A DNA stretch of 64,000 bases. Origin: Octopus vulgaris. Its lineage: Eukaryota. A program made the position numbers and the translations under genes. Positions 39,486-52,222 of the stretch are shown one piece after another. The stretch spans positions 36,952,001 to 37,016,000 of the forward strand of contig OX597821.1 in NCBI GenBank assembly GCA_951406725.2. Direction: 5' to 3'. Numbering within the stretch: position 1 is the first letter of the stretch; each line of letters starts with the position of its first letter. Below the pieces are notes generated by a model, which was not told where the DNA came from, did not search any database, and saw only the letters and a list, made by a program, of their open reading frames with translations.

Positions 39486-42400
39486 TGTAGTGACTTCATG
39501 CAGGTATGGCATGGATTTGATCCTCGATTACCAAATTTCATTTAACAGTTCAACAGCACTTTTCTCATGGTAAAACAATAGTTTTTCTGTGAGTGATAGC
39601 AGTTACATTTACCAGATGCCTTCGCTAAGCAGAATAATGTCTTTGTCATTTGGCCCTTCTAACCTCTTCTATTTCACTGAAAGCTAGAATAGCAATAACA
39701 GACCACCAAGGAAATTCATTGTTCTCAACAATATGTCTCTCCTTCTAACTAGCTTGGATAATTATAAATACTAAAACAACTGAGAGAAGGCTTACAGTGA
39801 GAATGTCAACTGATACAGTGTCTAATCCCAACACCACTACTGTTTAAATGTCAGGCACAATGAAGGTATCATTTTATCGGCTTCCTACACTTAACATACA
39901 CTCTATCTTCTCTGATTTCCTAGTTAGGCAGCTAGCAGTTAACTAAACATAAACAGCAACAACATATAAGAAAAGATAACTCTATGCCGTTGAGGCATGG
40001 CATTATACGAAGTAACGGTATATAAATATTTCTTTACAACTTCCATCACTGTTCTTTCATCTTACAAATGTCAAACAATGCCTATAACACATCTCGTTAC
40101 AATTGGTGATCCCGAGCCAAAGAATTGCAGCCTTTGCATGAACAGTTGTCACATCCGTCGATTACAGTTGGTGAACTCGGTCAGTTACGACAAGGGGTCC
40201 AGTTGATCTGATCAACGGAACAGCCTGTTCGTGAAATTAATGTGCAAGAGGCTGAGCACTCCACAGACAGGTGTACCCTTAATATAGCTCTCAGGGAGAT
40301 TCAGGGTGACAGTGTAACAAAGCTGGCCCTTTAAAATACAGGTACAACAGAAACAGGAAGAAAGAGTGAGAGAATGTTTGCTATCACCCGGAGCCTTCTG
40401 GAGCTTTAGGTGTGTTTGCTCAATAAACACAATGCCTGGTCTGGGAATCGAAACCGTGATCCTATGACTGTGAGTCCACTGCCCTAACCACTGGGCCATT
40501 GCACCTCCACAATTACAATTGGTAACCCCAACTAGAAAGAACTTCCTTCTGATGCGACAAGAGCCGTTGCATATCATTACAACTATCATAATACATACCA
40601 TTACAACTGGTGACCAATGACACCACCTTAACACAACTGTTACATTGGTCACCCTGTCTTTAAAAAAAATGGCTAACTTCTGATGCTAGATGCTGCTGCC
40701 TTTTGCCGACTCCGGTGCTGAAAAGAATTACTGCATTTTTGATGCTGTATGTTCCATTACGTCGTCACATACATTTGGGATCCAAGCTAAAAAAATAAGG
40801 ATTTCTTTTCAACACTTTCATTAAGCCATAACTCTCGTTCGACTTGTTACAGAACATGCTACAGAAAGCTCTATACTGCTATTCAATCTACGATTCACTT
40901 CACTATAATGCAACACTGATCAAAGAAGCCAATAAGCGCAGCATTTCGACAGCTACCTGCCCAGAAACTAACTGGAAGAAAATACGGAAGTCCGCACATG
41001 CAACCTTTTCGACACACACACGCTTTTCATCTTGTCCCGATGTACAGTCATTGTATTGTCTACGAACTTTTCTGCAAATCTAAGACTCTCACATATACTT
41101 TCAACAACCTCTTTTTCTTTGCGTGCACCTCTTTTTCTCATTTTCAGCAGAAGACTTTACACAAAGGACACCATTTCCAACTAAATTTGTCACTTTTGTT
41201 TACTCTTTTCTATACTGTTCGTTTCTTTTGCTGCACCACACAACGTTCATACATGTTAACACTGTTCTGCATGTTAACACTGTAACATTCATACACCACA
41301 CCATGCCTTTCTCGCTTGTTTTTCATGCTCCCTGCAAAAATACATTTATCAGAGGTTTATTACTTTACATACATCAGGGCTTAAGTTGTCAGTTATTTCT
41401 GTTTAGTTCACTCAGATTCGTTTCACACTCACTCTTTACTCTTTTACTTGTTTCAGTCATTTGACTGTGGCCATGCTGGAGCACCGCCTGTTGACATTCT
41501 TTTTTTTTATATCACTGTTGACATTCTCTTTTTTTTTTCCTACCAGAAGTCCTTTTTTTCTGCCTGCTGACCAACTTCCTAGCTAACCCTCAGCAAAGTT
41601 TCTGCCTATAGTTTGTTTGTCACGAATCCTGCCCTACATGGTCACGTATACATAGAGAAGGTTGTTTGTCCCTTACAACACGCCAGCATGTCTCACTTTT
41701 ACTCTTGCACATTTCAAGGTATTTAATACAACGTGCATTGGCTGGCATATTCAGCACTGCCTCAATCACTGGCATATTCATCACTGTTTTTTATTTGTAA
41801 TCACTGCACTAGCAACTCTGTTATTCCTCTACTGTCTTGTTTTTCAACAAGTCTGTGCCAGCCCAACTCTTTTCCTGACTTGATTGATGCACATTGGATG
41901 TTCACATGCTCTGCACTCATGTTTAGACATAATTTCCCTCTGTTAGACCTCTGTTTGGTCACATAATGAATGGAGAAAATTACTTGTCTCATGCAGCACT
42001 CCAGCATGCTACACTGTCATTCTTGCTAACCTCAGCAATTACCCACACCAGCACGTAAGACATTTCACACATTACAATCCTGCAAGAAACTCTACGATAT
42101 CATGGATTGAGAATACACTCACTCGTTCACCTGAGCTTATTTTACAGTAAATTTTGATATGTGTACCTGCACTCATGTATACGCCCTCATGCGCTAACTC
42201 ATTTTTCATACTGCCCAGTCACTGACTGCACATTTTGGCATGCAAAGTGACTCCGCTATTTGGACCTATCCGAATAGAAAATTGTCCCGTATACACTTCA
42301 ATGATCCTCTCTCCTGATATGCAAAATTTTTCCTCAACCATGCATTTCTTTCTCTCCCTTGATCGTTCGTTTCTTTTTCCTGGAGCCTCTCTGGAGGGGG

Positions 42401-43007
42401 AGTGATGTAGTGGATTCATGCAGGCATGGCGTGGATTTGATCCTCGGTCACCAAATTTCACTTAACAGTTCAACCACACTTTTCTCATAGTAAAACAATA
42501 GTTATTCTGTGTGTGATAGCAGTTACATTTACCAGATGCCTTTGCTAAGCAGAATAATGTCTGCCACTTGGTCCTTCTAACCTCTTCTGTTCCACCAAAA
42601 GCTAGAATAGAAATAATAGACTGCCAAGGAAATTCATTGTTCTCAACAATATGTCTCTCCTTCTAACTAGTTTGGATAATTATAAATACTAAAACACTGT
42701 AGGTAAAAGTTAGTTGGCAAAAAGGAGATGACATAGAAGCGACCACAGGCAGAATCCAGTTAGTAAGATAATTCAACTGAGAGAAGTTTTACAGTGAGAA
42801 TGTCAACTATGATACAGTGTCTTGTCACAACACCACTGATGTTTAAATGTCAGGCACAATGAAGGTATCATTTTATCGACTTCCTAAACTTAACATTTAC
42901 TCTATCTTCCTCTAATTTCCTAGTTAGGTAGCACATCTGCAACAGCAACATCCGCTACAATCGTTAACTGCCGACTCCCAACATATATCATAATACAAAC
43001 TGTTACA
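39486..43007 (+). mobile_element. Degenerate or non-autonomous LTR element; LTRs at ~39486-40101 and 42406-43007
   Basis: ~450-530 bp direct repeats starting TGTAGT; GTTACA ends; PPT GGAGGGGGAG at 42393-42402; tRNA-Trp-type PBS at 40104; no long internal ORF; no TSD found. Confidence 0.75.
40183..40509 (-). mobile_element. tRNA-derived SINE, second type; relatives at 10192-10480(+), 20990-21224(-), 23865-24093(-)
   Basis: TGGCCCAGTGGTTAGGG A box and GTTTCGATTCC B box; flanked by a diverged ~18-bp TSD (ATTACA.TTGGT.A.C.C). Confidence 0.8.
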
Positions 43008-43439
43008 ATAGCAACTTTTAAGGCTTTTTCTAATGTTGTGCATATTTCCTTCGAAATCATTTTTTTGTACATTACTTATACTTGTCCTTCCAGTCAATGT
43101 TTCTGATCGTACAATCTATATCTCTGAATATAGTCCCATTCTATTAATTTGTTATTCTGCCACAAAATTGGTAACACTCCAATTTTTTTGTAGGTGAAGT
43201 TGTACTGAATATCTCAAGTTCCCAGAATTTCTCCCCTTTCAAAGTTTCTCGTCAATTTTACCATTATTTGAAAAATAAAATTGCAGTTATATTTTGGCGT
43301 CGCTAAAGTACTCGCCAATTTTTACATTTTCCATTAGCTCCGTTGAGAAAATATATTAGTTTTATTTGTTCATTGTACCATTTCTGTACATATGTGATTC
43401 CTCTTTGTCTCTTTATTTATCTATAGTCAAATCTGTAGT

Positions 43440-43900
43440 AGGATGGACTCTGCCAACTTTTAAAATGCTGAAAACACGCCATGTGTCACGACGGCACTCT
43501 TACGACTCCAGTAGGTACTGCGGGCTCAAAGCAAGGTGATTATAAATATATTGAATGACGTTATTTCAGAATGGATCCTAAGCAGTCACATACACTGAAA
43601 GAGTTAGCGGTAAGACATCTTAACTAATAATAAACTGTCGTTGTTCATTTAAAAGCTGCTGTATATGCAAGGTTTTGTTTGCATAATGTTATGTTTGAGG
43701 GGCAATAAGGTTAAACAAATTGCATTAGTTGCAATGCTGCAAGAAACTAAATATTGAAAGATAGGGGCTGTAACAAGAGTTATGTTTCTTCTAATATGTA
43801 CGCATGCGCATATACACTTGGTTTCCGCCTAGAATAACGATTGTTGATTTATGTTCTTATTTACAGTTGTAACTCATATATAAAATATTTCCGTAAGTAT
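43440..43900 (+). promoter_or_regulatory. Possible promoter and short 5' exons of the ZNF gene
   Basis: Local CpG enrichment; NRF1-like TACGCATGCGCA near 43800; candidate small exon TTTCAG|AATGGATCC...GCG|GTAAGA (43570-43609); another GTAAGT donor near 43893. Confidence 0.3.
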
Positions 43901-44769
43901 TAAAGTTCGAAAATATTCGACAATGGACACTTGTTTAATTTCATATTACAAATAACTGATTTACTTTGTTTCACATGTAACTTTTGTTACTCTTCCTTTT
44001 ATCTCTGCCAACAGGTAATTATAAATCTAGTTAGCTCCTACCAATGGAAGCAAATAAATTATTGACATAACTTTGAAACGTTTAGAAGAAAGAACGAAAT
44101 AACAAAACGTACGTTCCATTGTTTGATACTGGTTCTCAAAAGTTGAAAAGAAGTGGTTGCTAAATCGTCTAGAAATAGCAGCTAAATCTTTCCACTCCTG
44201 AAATACAGTTAAGAGAATTTATGGCCGATGTTGGACCACTACTAGGATCATAGGTGAGATTTACAGTGATCAAGAGAATTTCATATCTTGAAACAAAAAA
44301 AATCCATGAATTAAACAATTACGGAACACAATTTGTGGTTGGTCACTAGAAAAAAATAATACTGAAAGCTAGAGATCTTGGAAAATACCATCCTCTATGA
44401 CAGTTAATTGCTGATGGGAAGCCCATCGGAGACAGGGAAGACCACTTTTATAGTAGTGTAAACAATACATTGATATAGACTTACGATTTGAAAATTTATC
44501 TTATTAATAGTGATAATGACTATCAATTTACATACGTTCCCAAACAGAGATTTCAACCAAATATATTACTGATTCAGATTGGTGAGTGATTCCGGACGGA
44601 ATCAAAACATACAAAATAGTCCAGACTTCATGGATTGCTTCCTGTATGCAAAATTGTGGTGAGGAATACTTTAGAGCTATAGATAAAGTTTGCTACAGGT
44701 GCTCAGCAATAAATTTGAGAAGTATGTGTAATATCAAAAAAAAGAAGGATTACACTTTTGCAAATTTTT

Positions 44770-45070
44770 GATCTGATCTATGAAGGGTGCACAAAGCATC
44801 ATACAATCTACCTTTCACTCTGAGAGAGATTTTTTTACCAATATAGGTAATAACTCTCTCAACTTTTGCTATCCTCTTCTTATTCTATACTTACAGCTAA
44901 TCCTCCTCCACTACTAATTAGGCCACCTAGGTGACTGAAACTATTTGTTACCTCCAGAGTATTCAAGAAAATCTATTTCCCGTGTGTCCTTAGTATTTAT
45001 TGCTCATCTTCTACATACAAACACTACTTTCTCTGTTAACCTTCCTGTGATTCCACTTTACCTCAAATGA
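44770..45070 (-). mobile_element. Degenerate RTE LINE fragment
   Basis: Similar to 50620-50900 and 54850-55120. Confidence 0.55.
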
Positions 45071-45208
45071 AAGGCGTGACCTCGAGGACAAAATTCCTCA
45101 TCTTATAAAATGTGGCACGAGTAGACCCGAATGAAATCAGGTTATATTAACCAAAATGTGAAAAGGGGTCTAAATGGGGCTGGAAGGGGATTAAAATTTA
45201 CAGGAGCA

Positions 45209-45463
45209 GGTGTTTAGGAATTCTCTGTTACATCAAGCTAAAAAATTTGCGCCAGCCTTTAAATCTTCAATGTGTTGCCGTCCATGATGAAGAAGTTTTG
45301 AATGCTTGCCATGGTGAATCTACTGTCGTGAGAAAGAATCACTTCAAAACTTGGTGTTTAGGAATTTTCTTTTACATCAAGTTCAAAATTTTACACCAGC
45401 TGTTAAACTGCCACTACGTTGCTGTCCGTTGTTAAAAAATGCCAGCCATGGTGACTCTACTAT
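45209..45463 (+). repeat. Diverged tandem duplication, ~144-bp unit
   Basis: GGTGTTTAGGAATT...TTACATCAAG...GCCATGGTGA.TCTACT occurs twice. Confidence 0.8.
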
Positions 45464-46536
45464 CCTCAGATTCTATCCCTTCACACTTTGGTTTTCAATA
45501 TTTTTTTATTTTTATTCAGCTCGCAAGTTCGTCTGTCCCTTTTAAATGTTAGCATTTTGCTGTCTGCCTTGAAGCAGACCTTTCTGTTGTCACTACCTGA
45601 TATTTATGATGGATCTTTCAAAATATTTTCTTTCTCAACTTACTCAAGATCTTTTGTTGTTTATAAATGGGAGAGAGATAGATAGAGAGTAAGAGAAAGT
45701 GAGGGAGAGTCCGAGAGAAAAGGAGAGTGGGAAGGTGAGAGAGAAACAAAGAGGGAGAATGTGGTGATAAAAAAACAGAAAGGAAGCAACAGAAAGTAAC
45801 AACCACACTCTTACCTACACGTAGAGTGGGTTACCTTAGGCTAGTATATATATAAAGTACAAGTAGAAATATATTAAACACAGTGAAAGTTAGACATATT
45901 TGGTTGGGCTAATTATGAAATGAAAAGTAAGTTTCTCAGATTCAACTGATGTTAGCAATATACAAACATAGATGCAAATATTGACATGAGCACGTATGCC
46001 ACAGCTCTGTATGTTTACATATGACATAATATATGGCCTGGTGCAGCCTTCTGGCTTCCCAGACCCCAGTTGAACCGTCGAACCCATGCTAGCATGGAAA
46101 GCGGGCGCTAAATGATGATGATGATGATGATGATGATATACACACATACCTCATATTTTCTTTGTCTTATATTGTCATATCTTTTCTCACTTTACAGTTG
46201 TGCTCATAGTGAACCATTACAACTTGTAGAAGGACACAGATTCCACCAGAAAGTTGCTACTAGCCATGAACTCCCTATGTCTAGCCTGTATAACATACAT
46301 TAACCATATCAACATTTATTAACCTAGAAATAGAAGTGTTTTGTCTACAACAATATGTGAGTTACTGGGAGAAGACCCAGTTAGTAACAAATATTCTAGT
46401 GGTGAGTAAACAGTATCTTTACATTGTATATTTTCACACATGTATATGGAGGACTATGGTATCCAAGACATGAAACTGAGCCATAATATATAGTTGCAGA
46501 CATTTCTCAGTTTCTAAGAATTCTTCAAGAATTAAT

Positions 46537-47874
46537 ATGGAGGAAATTAGTGAGTTGGACACTTCCAACATAACTGTATTTAACAATGTAGACTCAATTA
46601 CACAGACATTCAGTGGTGAGAAAACTTTAGCAAGTGAAACATTAGTAAACAGAAATATTCCTGAATATTGCTGTGAGATTTGTAAGAAAACGTTCTTTTC
46701 AGAACATGAATTGTTCACTCACAAAGAAATACATAATAGAGAAAACCCTTGCCATTGTGATATTTGTGGCAAGTCTTTTATATCTAACAGTGTTTTAACA
46801 AAACACCAAAAGACACACACTGGAGGAAAACCCTATCACTGTGAAATCTGTGGGAAACCTTTCAGTAATAATTCTGATCTTGTTATCCACATACGTAGTC
46901 ACACTGGAGAAAAGCCATATAGTTGCGATATATGTGCGAAATCATTTGTCTCTGATAGTAATTTAACCAGACACAAAAAAATACACGCTGGAGGGAGTTC
47001 ATTTCTCTGTGAAGTATGTGGGAAATCTTTCATTGAAAACTCGAATCTTGTTCTTCACAAACGTGGTCACACTGGAGAAAAATTGTATCACTGTGAAATA
47101 TGTGGGAAATATTTTATCAATATTAATGATTTAAACAGACACAGGAAAATACACATAGGAGAAAAACTGTTTGACTGTGACATATGTGGGAAATCTTTTA
47201 CTGATAATTTGAGTCTTGTTATCCACGTACGTAGTCACACTGGGGAAAAACTGTTTCACTGTGAAACGTGTGGGAAGTCATTCTCTGTTAATTCTAGTCT
47301 TGTAGTTCACAAACGGAGACACTCTGGAGAAAAACCGTATCGCTGTGAGATTTGTGAAAAATCTTTTGTTTCAAACAGTGATTTGAACAGACACAGGAGA
47401 ATTCACTCAGGAGAAAAACCATATCGTTGTGAAATATGCGGAAAAGCTTTCATTGAGAATTCTAAACTTTTGATTCATATTCGTAGTCACACGGGGGAAA
47501 AACCGTATAGCTGTGATATATGCGGGAAAGCTTTTGTAGATAACGGGGATTTAACAAGACACAGTAAAATCCACACGGGAGAAAAATCCTGCTACTGTGA
47601 AATCTGTGGCAAGTCTTTCACTCAGCATTCGAGTCTTGTTATCCACATCCGTAGTCATACTGGAGAGAAACCTTATTGTTGTGAATTATGTGAGAAATCT
47701 TTTGTGTCTCACGGTGATTTAACAAAACACAAACGAATTCACACAGGGGAAAAACCCTATAAATGTAAAATATGTGAGAAGTCTTTTGCCAATAATAGAG
47801 ATTTAACAAGACACAAACGGAGACACACTGCAGAAAAACTGTGTCATAATCCTCAAATGTTATCACAATGGTAG
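46537..47874 (+). CDS. Tandem C2H2 zinc-finger protein, 14 fingers, no KRAB visible; may have upstream exons
   Basis: 445-aa ORF with 14 CxxC-x12-HxxxH units, mostly joined by TGEKP-type linkers; typical of the expanded cephalopod C2H2-ZNF family. Confidence 0.95.
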   Translation: MEEISELDTSNITVFNNVDSITQTFSGEKTLASETLVNRNIPEYCCEICKKTFFSEHELFTHKEIHNRENPCHCDICGKSFISNSVLTKHQKTHTGGKPYHCEICGKPFSNNSDLVIHIRSHTGEKPYSCDICAKSFVSDSNLTRHKKIHAGGSSFLCEVCGKSFIENSNLVLHKRGHTGEKLYHCEICGKYFININDLNRHRKIHIGEKLFDCDICGKSFTDNLSLVIHVRSHTGEKLFHCETCGKSFSVNSSLVVHKRRHSGEKPYRCEICEKSFVSNSDLNRHRRIHSGEKPYRCEICGKAFIENSKLLIHIRSHTGEKPYSCDICGKAFVDNGDLTRHSKIHTGEKSCYCEICGKSFTQHSSLVIHIRSHTGEKPYCCELCEKSFVSHGDLTKHKRIHTGEKPYKCKICEKSFANNRDLTRHKRRHTAEKLCHNPQMLSQW

Positions 47875-50459
47875 AAACCTCTTCTATTGTGGAAGACTTT
47901 TATTTTATGCATCATTTCAACAAAATACAAAATACAATAGAATGCATATTGGAGGGAAGTCTCATATCTGTAAAGTGTGAGAAACTCTTTTGTAAAAGTA
48001 ATGACCAGAAAAACAAAGGAGTAAGACCTTATAGATGTGAAATTTGAAGAAAATGATTTTCATTCAAAAGTCATGATGTTAAACAAATACATATATAAAA
48101 GAAAATATTATTGAGAAGTTACATTTATACATTTATGTGTTGAAACAGATAGCTATATTTTGGGATGGTAATTATTTTGTTTTTTTACCAAATAAACACA
48201 CACTATACATTTGTTTTTCACTTGTTTATTACTGTTCTTATTTTTTCTTATGTCCATTGTCCAAGACAAAATGTAGCTCAGGAATATTTGACAGTATACT
48301 TTGCATGGTTTTGACAACAGAATCACACCTCTCTAATTCATTCATACAGACTTGTTACATTTGTGTACATAACTACCTTATTTTCCCATTCTTGTAGAAT
48401 TATTTCAGAGATTCTATTTCAAGTATTTAACAACTACTGTATGACTGCTTTTCTTGTAGCATTTAGGATTTCATTGCTGAATCTGTTCACGCTTGGTGAT
48501 TTGTTGTTCTTGGCAGTGTTGATGGCTTTCATAAACTCCTCTTCTGTGAAAATCTGTGCTGAGAGAGAGAGGACAGTGTCTGATGGTCACTGGTTTACTT
48601 GGTATTAAATCCATATCATTGTTTAATTGTAAATAAATAATTGAGTATGTGGTAATATGCTTCCATTGTTTGAGATGTGCAGATGGTAAAAAAGACCATT
48701 TGATGATTTATTGCTGAGCACCTGTAGCAAACTTCCAAGAAGAAATGAGTATTGAAGAGCTGTAATTTTTATGTTAGTTTCTATAATATCTAAGATGTGT
48801 GCTTTGTTGTTTGTAATAATTATGTTTAGAATGAAATGTAGTACAAGATAATGTTTTCTGTTGGTGCTTGTAAGAGGGTGGTGATACATTTAATTTTGTG
48901 TTAATTTATATTATCATTTAAAAGGATAAGAATTGGTGAAATTCACGAATCCTTTGATACTTTTGGGATTACGTACATCTTTTATTTCCCTTATATGAAT
49001 CTATGATATAACAAACTAGCCAAAATAACTAGCATTGCCCAGACTAAACAGTCAGTTAACTGAATAACAAAGTATAACTGAAGATATCGGTTTACTTCTA
49101 TAGAAAGAGGAAGGAAGGAACAAATTGTACAGTGCATTTTTCCTGAGGCTTTGAAAGAACAAATGAAAATTCTTTCATGCAGATTAGCTCTAAATGCTGC
49201 CATGTGGAATGCACTGTCAACTGTAATGTTTTTTATTGGATTGCTTGAAGTCAGAAGTTTCACTGTTAAAATGGATGTGAAATGGTTGATGATAACACAC
49301 ACACACAAGGAGTGCTGAAAAATTCCTGGCTTTGGGTAAAAGAAAATATAGAGGATCAGTTAATTATGATTCTATTCAACATAATCCCCTCTCAGGTTCA
49401 CACACTTATTGCAGCACTTAAGTTTTTCTAAGTCCTGTAAAAGAACTTGGAAGGTTGAGCTTCCAACCAGGACTTTCATGATACTCTTAAAACCAGAAAC
49501 TTTTCAGCACAACCTCATATAGATGTATATATATATATATATGTGCATGCATATACACAAACACACATATACATGCATGCATACACAAACACACACCACT
49601 ATGGTGTTTGACAAGATTATTATCTAAATATCTGTTGATATTCATATATATCATCATCATTTAACTTATGTTTTCCATGCCTGTATGGCTTGGGCAGCTT
49701 GATAGGAGCTAGCAAGACCAACCAGGGGCCACACCAGGTTCCATAGTCTGTTTTGGTTTGGTTTCTACAGCTGGATGCCCTTCCTAATGCCAACCACTTT
49801 ACAGAGCATGCTGGGTACATTTTATGTGGCACCAGCACTACTGCTTTTTACATGGCATCTTGGTTTTAGGATATCAGTTCTGTTGTGGTGGGTAGTTCTC
49901 CTTGAGTTCAACAGTGTGCTACATATCTCGGTCCTCTGTCATCTCCTTCTTAAGGCTCAGCATTTGAGATTGGCCTTCAGTTCTTCAGCCCATGTTTTCC
50001 TGCCCCTCCTTCCATAACTTCGCCCCACTTTATGCAACTTTCCTCACTCATTCACATGACATAACCAAACCAGTGCAGTTTCCCCTCTTGTACATTGCAT
50101 ATCATCATCATCGTTTAATGTCCGTTTTCCATGCTAGCATGGGTTGGACGGTTCAACTGGGGTCTGGGAAGCCAGTAGGCTGCGCCAGGCCCAGTCTGTT
50201 CCAGTAGTGTTTCTACAGCTGGATGCCCTTCCTAACGCCAACCACTCCGTGAGTGTAGTGGTTGCTTTTTACGTGCCACCTGCACAGGTGCCAGACGAGG
50301 CTGGCAAACGGCCATGATTGGATGGTGCTTTTTACATGCCACCGGCACGGAGGCCAGTCGGGGCAGCACTGGCAACGGCCACGTTTGGATGGTTCTCTTA
50401 TGTGCCACCGGTACTGGTATCACAGCTACAATTTCCATTGATGTTGATCGATTTCGATT

Positions 50460-51560
50460 AGCATATAATCCCTCATATACCTAACTTTTCTCTCAATATA
50501 CTAATGCTCTGATACACATGTTCACTGACATTACACATCTAGCAAAGTATACCAGTTTCACTTCTCTCCAGCCTTTGCATGTCTTCTGCAGTGTAGCATT
50601 GCACTTCATATACATGCATCATACAATCTTCCTTTCACTTGGAGAGAGAAAGACCTTTGGTTGCCAACAGAGGTAAAAGCTCTCTGAATTCTTTCCATCC
50701 TATTCTAGCAATTATTTTCAGTACATCCTCCTCCACTGCTAATTAGGTCACCTAGGTAACAGAAATTATCTGCTACTTCTAGAGAGCCTCTGGGACATTT
50801 GAGGAAATCAGTTTCCCCATGTATTTTATAGTCTTTATGGCTTCTGTACATTTTCCACATACATACATAACTTTCTCTGTTAAGCTTCCTACTATTCTAT
50901 TGCACCTCTTGTATCCATAACTTACTCTGGGCACACCAAATGAGATTTCTGCCTACATACTGAGCAGGGCCATTTACATGAAGTGGGAAGAAGAGTACTC
51001 TCTGATTTCTTGCCTACTAGGACCTTGGTCTTTGCTATGTTAACTTTAAGATCTTTGATTCCATATTTTATTTCTACATCTGGAATTTCTTTTCTAATTC
51101 TGTTACAGATTCTGCTATGAGAGCAAGATCATCAGCATATAGTAGCTCCCATGGGCTTCCAGTCTTAAATTTCTCTTATGGCCTGGAGGACAATGATGAG
51201 TAGGAGGGGGTTGAGGATTGAGCCTTGGTGAATAGCTACCTGTACACTAAATTCGTCACTACTCATGACTAACTCTTACCTTACTAACAATACCCCTATA
51301 CGTGGTCTGTTCTACTTTTACAAGCCATTTGTCTACCCTTAACTTCCTCAGAGATTATCACATCACAGAATGAGGTACTCTGTCAAAGGCAGAGTACCTC
51401 TAGAGGTACTCTCTAGATCAACAAATGCCAAGTACAACAGCTTGTTCCATGCTAAATACTTCTCTTGCAGTTGCTTGATTGTGAAAATAATATTTGTGGT
51501 GCTTCTTCCTGGGACAAAACCAAACTGTATTTCATCAAATCTAATTCTCAGTATCACTTG
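50460..51560 (-). mobile_element. Degenerate RTE LINE fragment
   Basis: QFGFVPGRST...QLQEKYLA...LYLAFVDLE; homologous to the 6900-8000 region. Confidence 0.8.
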
Positions 51561-51865
51561 ATTGGTTGAAAGACGTACTCTTCAGGAAAGGAGACAAGTA
51601 AACTAGCACAAAAAGAGTATGAGCACCAGTATACTGTGTCGGTGAGGCTTCAAAACAAAAGGGAAAATGGTATGAACACAAACTAGAAGCTGTGAAAGAA
51701 AATGAGAATTATATGATCTTATGAGGCTTCTCCATAAAGACTGATCATATTACTGAAGTAAGACTAGATATGATTATAGTAGACAAAATACACAAACAGT
51801 GTAAGATCACAGACTTTGCAATTCCCTATGATAGCAGAGTTGATACAAGACAAACTGAAAAAATA
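51560..51865 (+). mobile_element. Degenerate REL-endonuclease (R4/Dong-like) fragment
   Basis: Translates with stops to TDHITEVRLDMIIVDKIHKQCKITDFAIPYDSRV, i.e. the (R)PD..D..D.A.P pattern. Confidence 0.6.
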
Positions 51866-52102
51866 ACAGGTTTTTTTTTAATAACAAATATATTTATTTT
51901 TAGAAATGAATAGAAAAAGGATTTTTTTTCATATGTTGTAGATACTTAAGGTAAGATTTACCCTAATCAAACAGATCTATAATCAAAGGCATTCCATCTT
52001 TTATTCTGATAGTAGAGTGTGGTCTGAGGGAGATTTGGTCACTGCACCTAGCTGATCAGATGGAGAGAAAAGAACCTTCCTTTGGAGACATTTTCATACT
52101 GT

Positions 52103-52222
52103 TTAGGTCTGAGCACTTTTGGCAATTTGATCCTTTAAAATAAGAATACTCTGTCTCTGTTCGGGTGGTAACATAGAAATTTGTTGATCTGTTAGTTGCA
52201 GCACTTGCATTATCAGAGCAGC
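52103..52222 (-). CDS. CSTF2: CstF-64 last exon, C-terminal domain (AALIMQVLQLTDQQISMLPPEQRQSILILKDQIAKSAQT*)
   Basis: Near-identical to the conserved CstF-64 C-terminus (AALIMQVLQLTxDQIAMLPPEQRQSILILKEQI); CAG acceptor, TAA stop. Confidence 0.97.
   Translation of the reverse strand, partial: AALIMQVLQLTDQQISMLPPEQRQSILILKDQIAKSAQT

Noticed and set aside
40060-40660. CRISPR array interpretation of the repeated TTACA..TGGTGACC units
   Set aside because: Eukaryotic context, no cas genes, degenerate repeats and irregular spacing; better explained as LTR-end/PBS modules and reported as such
46112-46303. Poly-Met ORF upstream of the ZNF
   Set aside because: It starts in the (GAT)n tail of an RTE-derived repeat and ends in a stop before the ZNF frame; at most 5' UTR sequence
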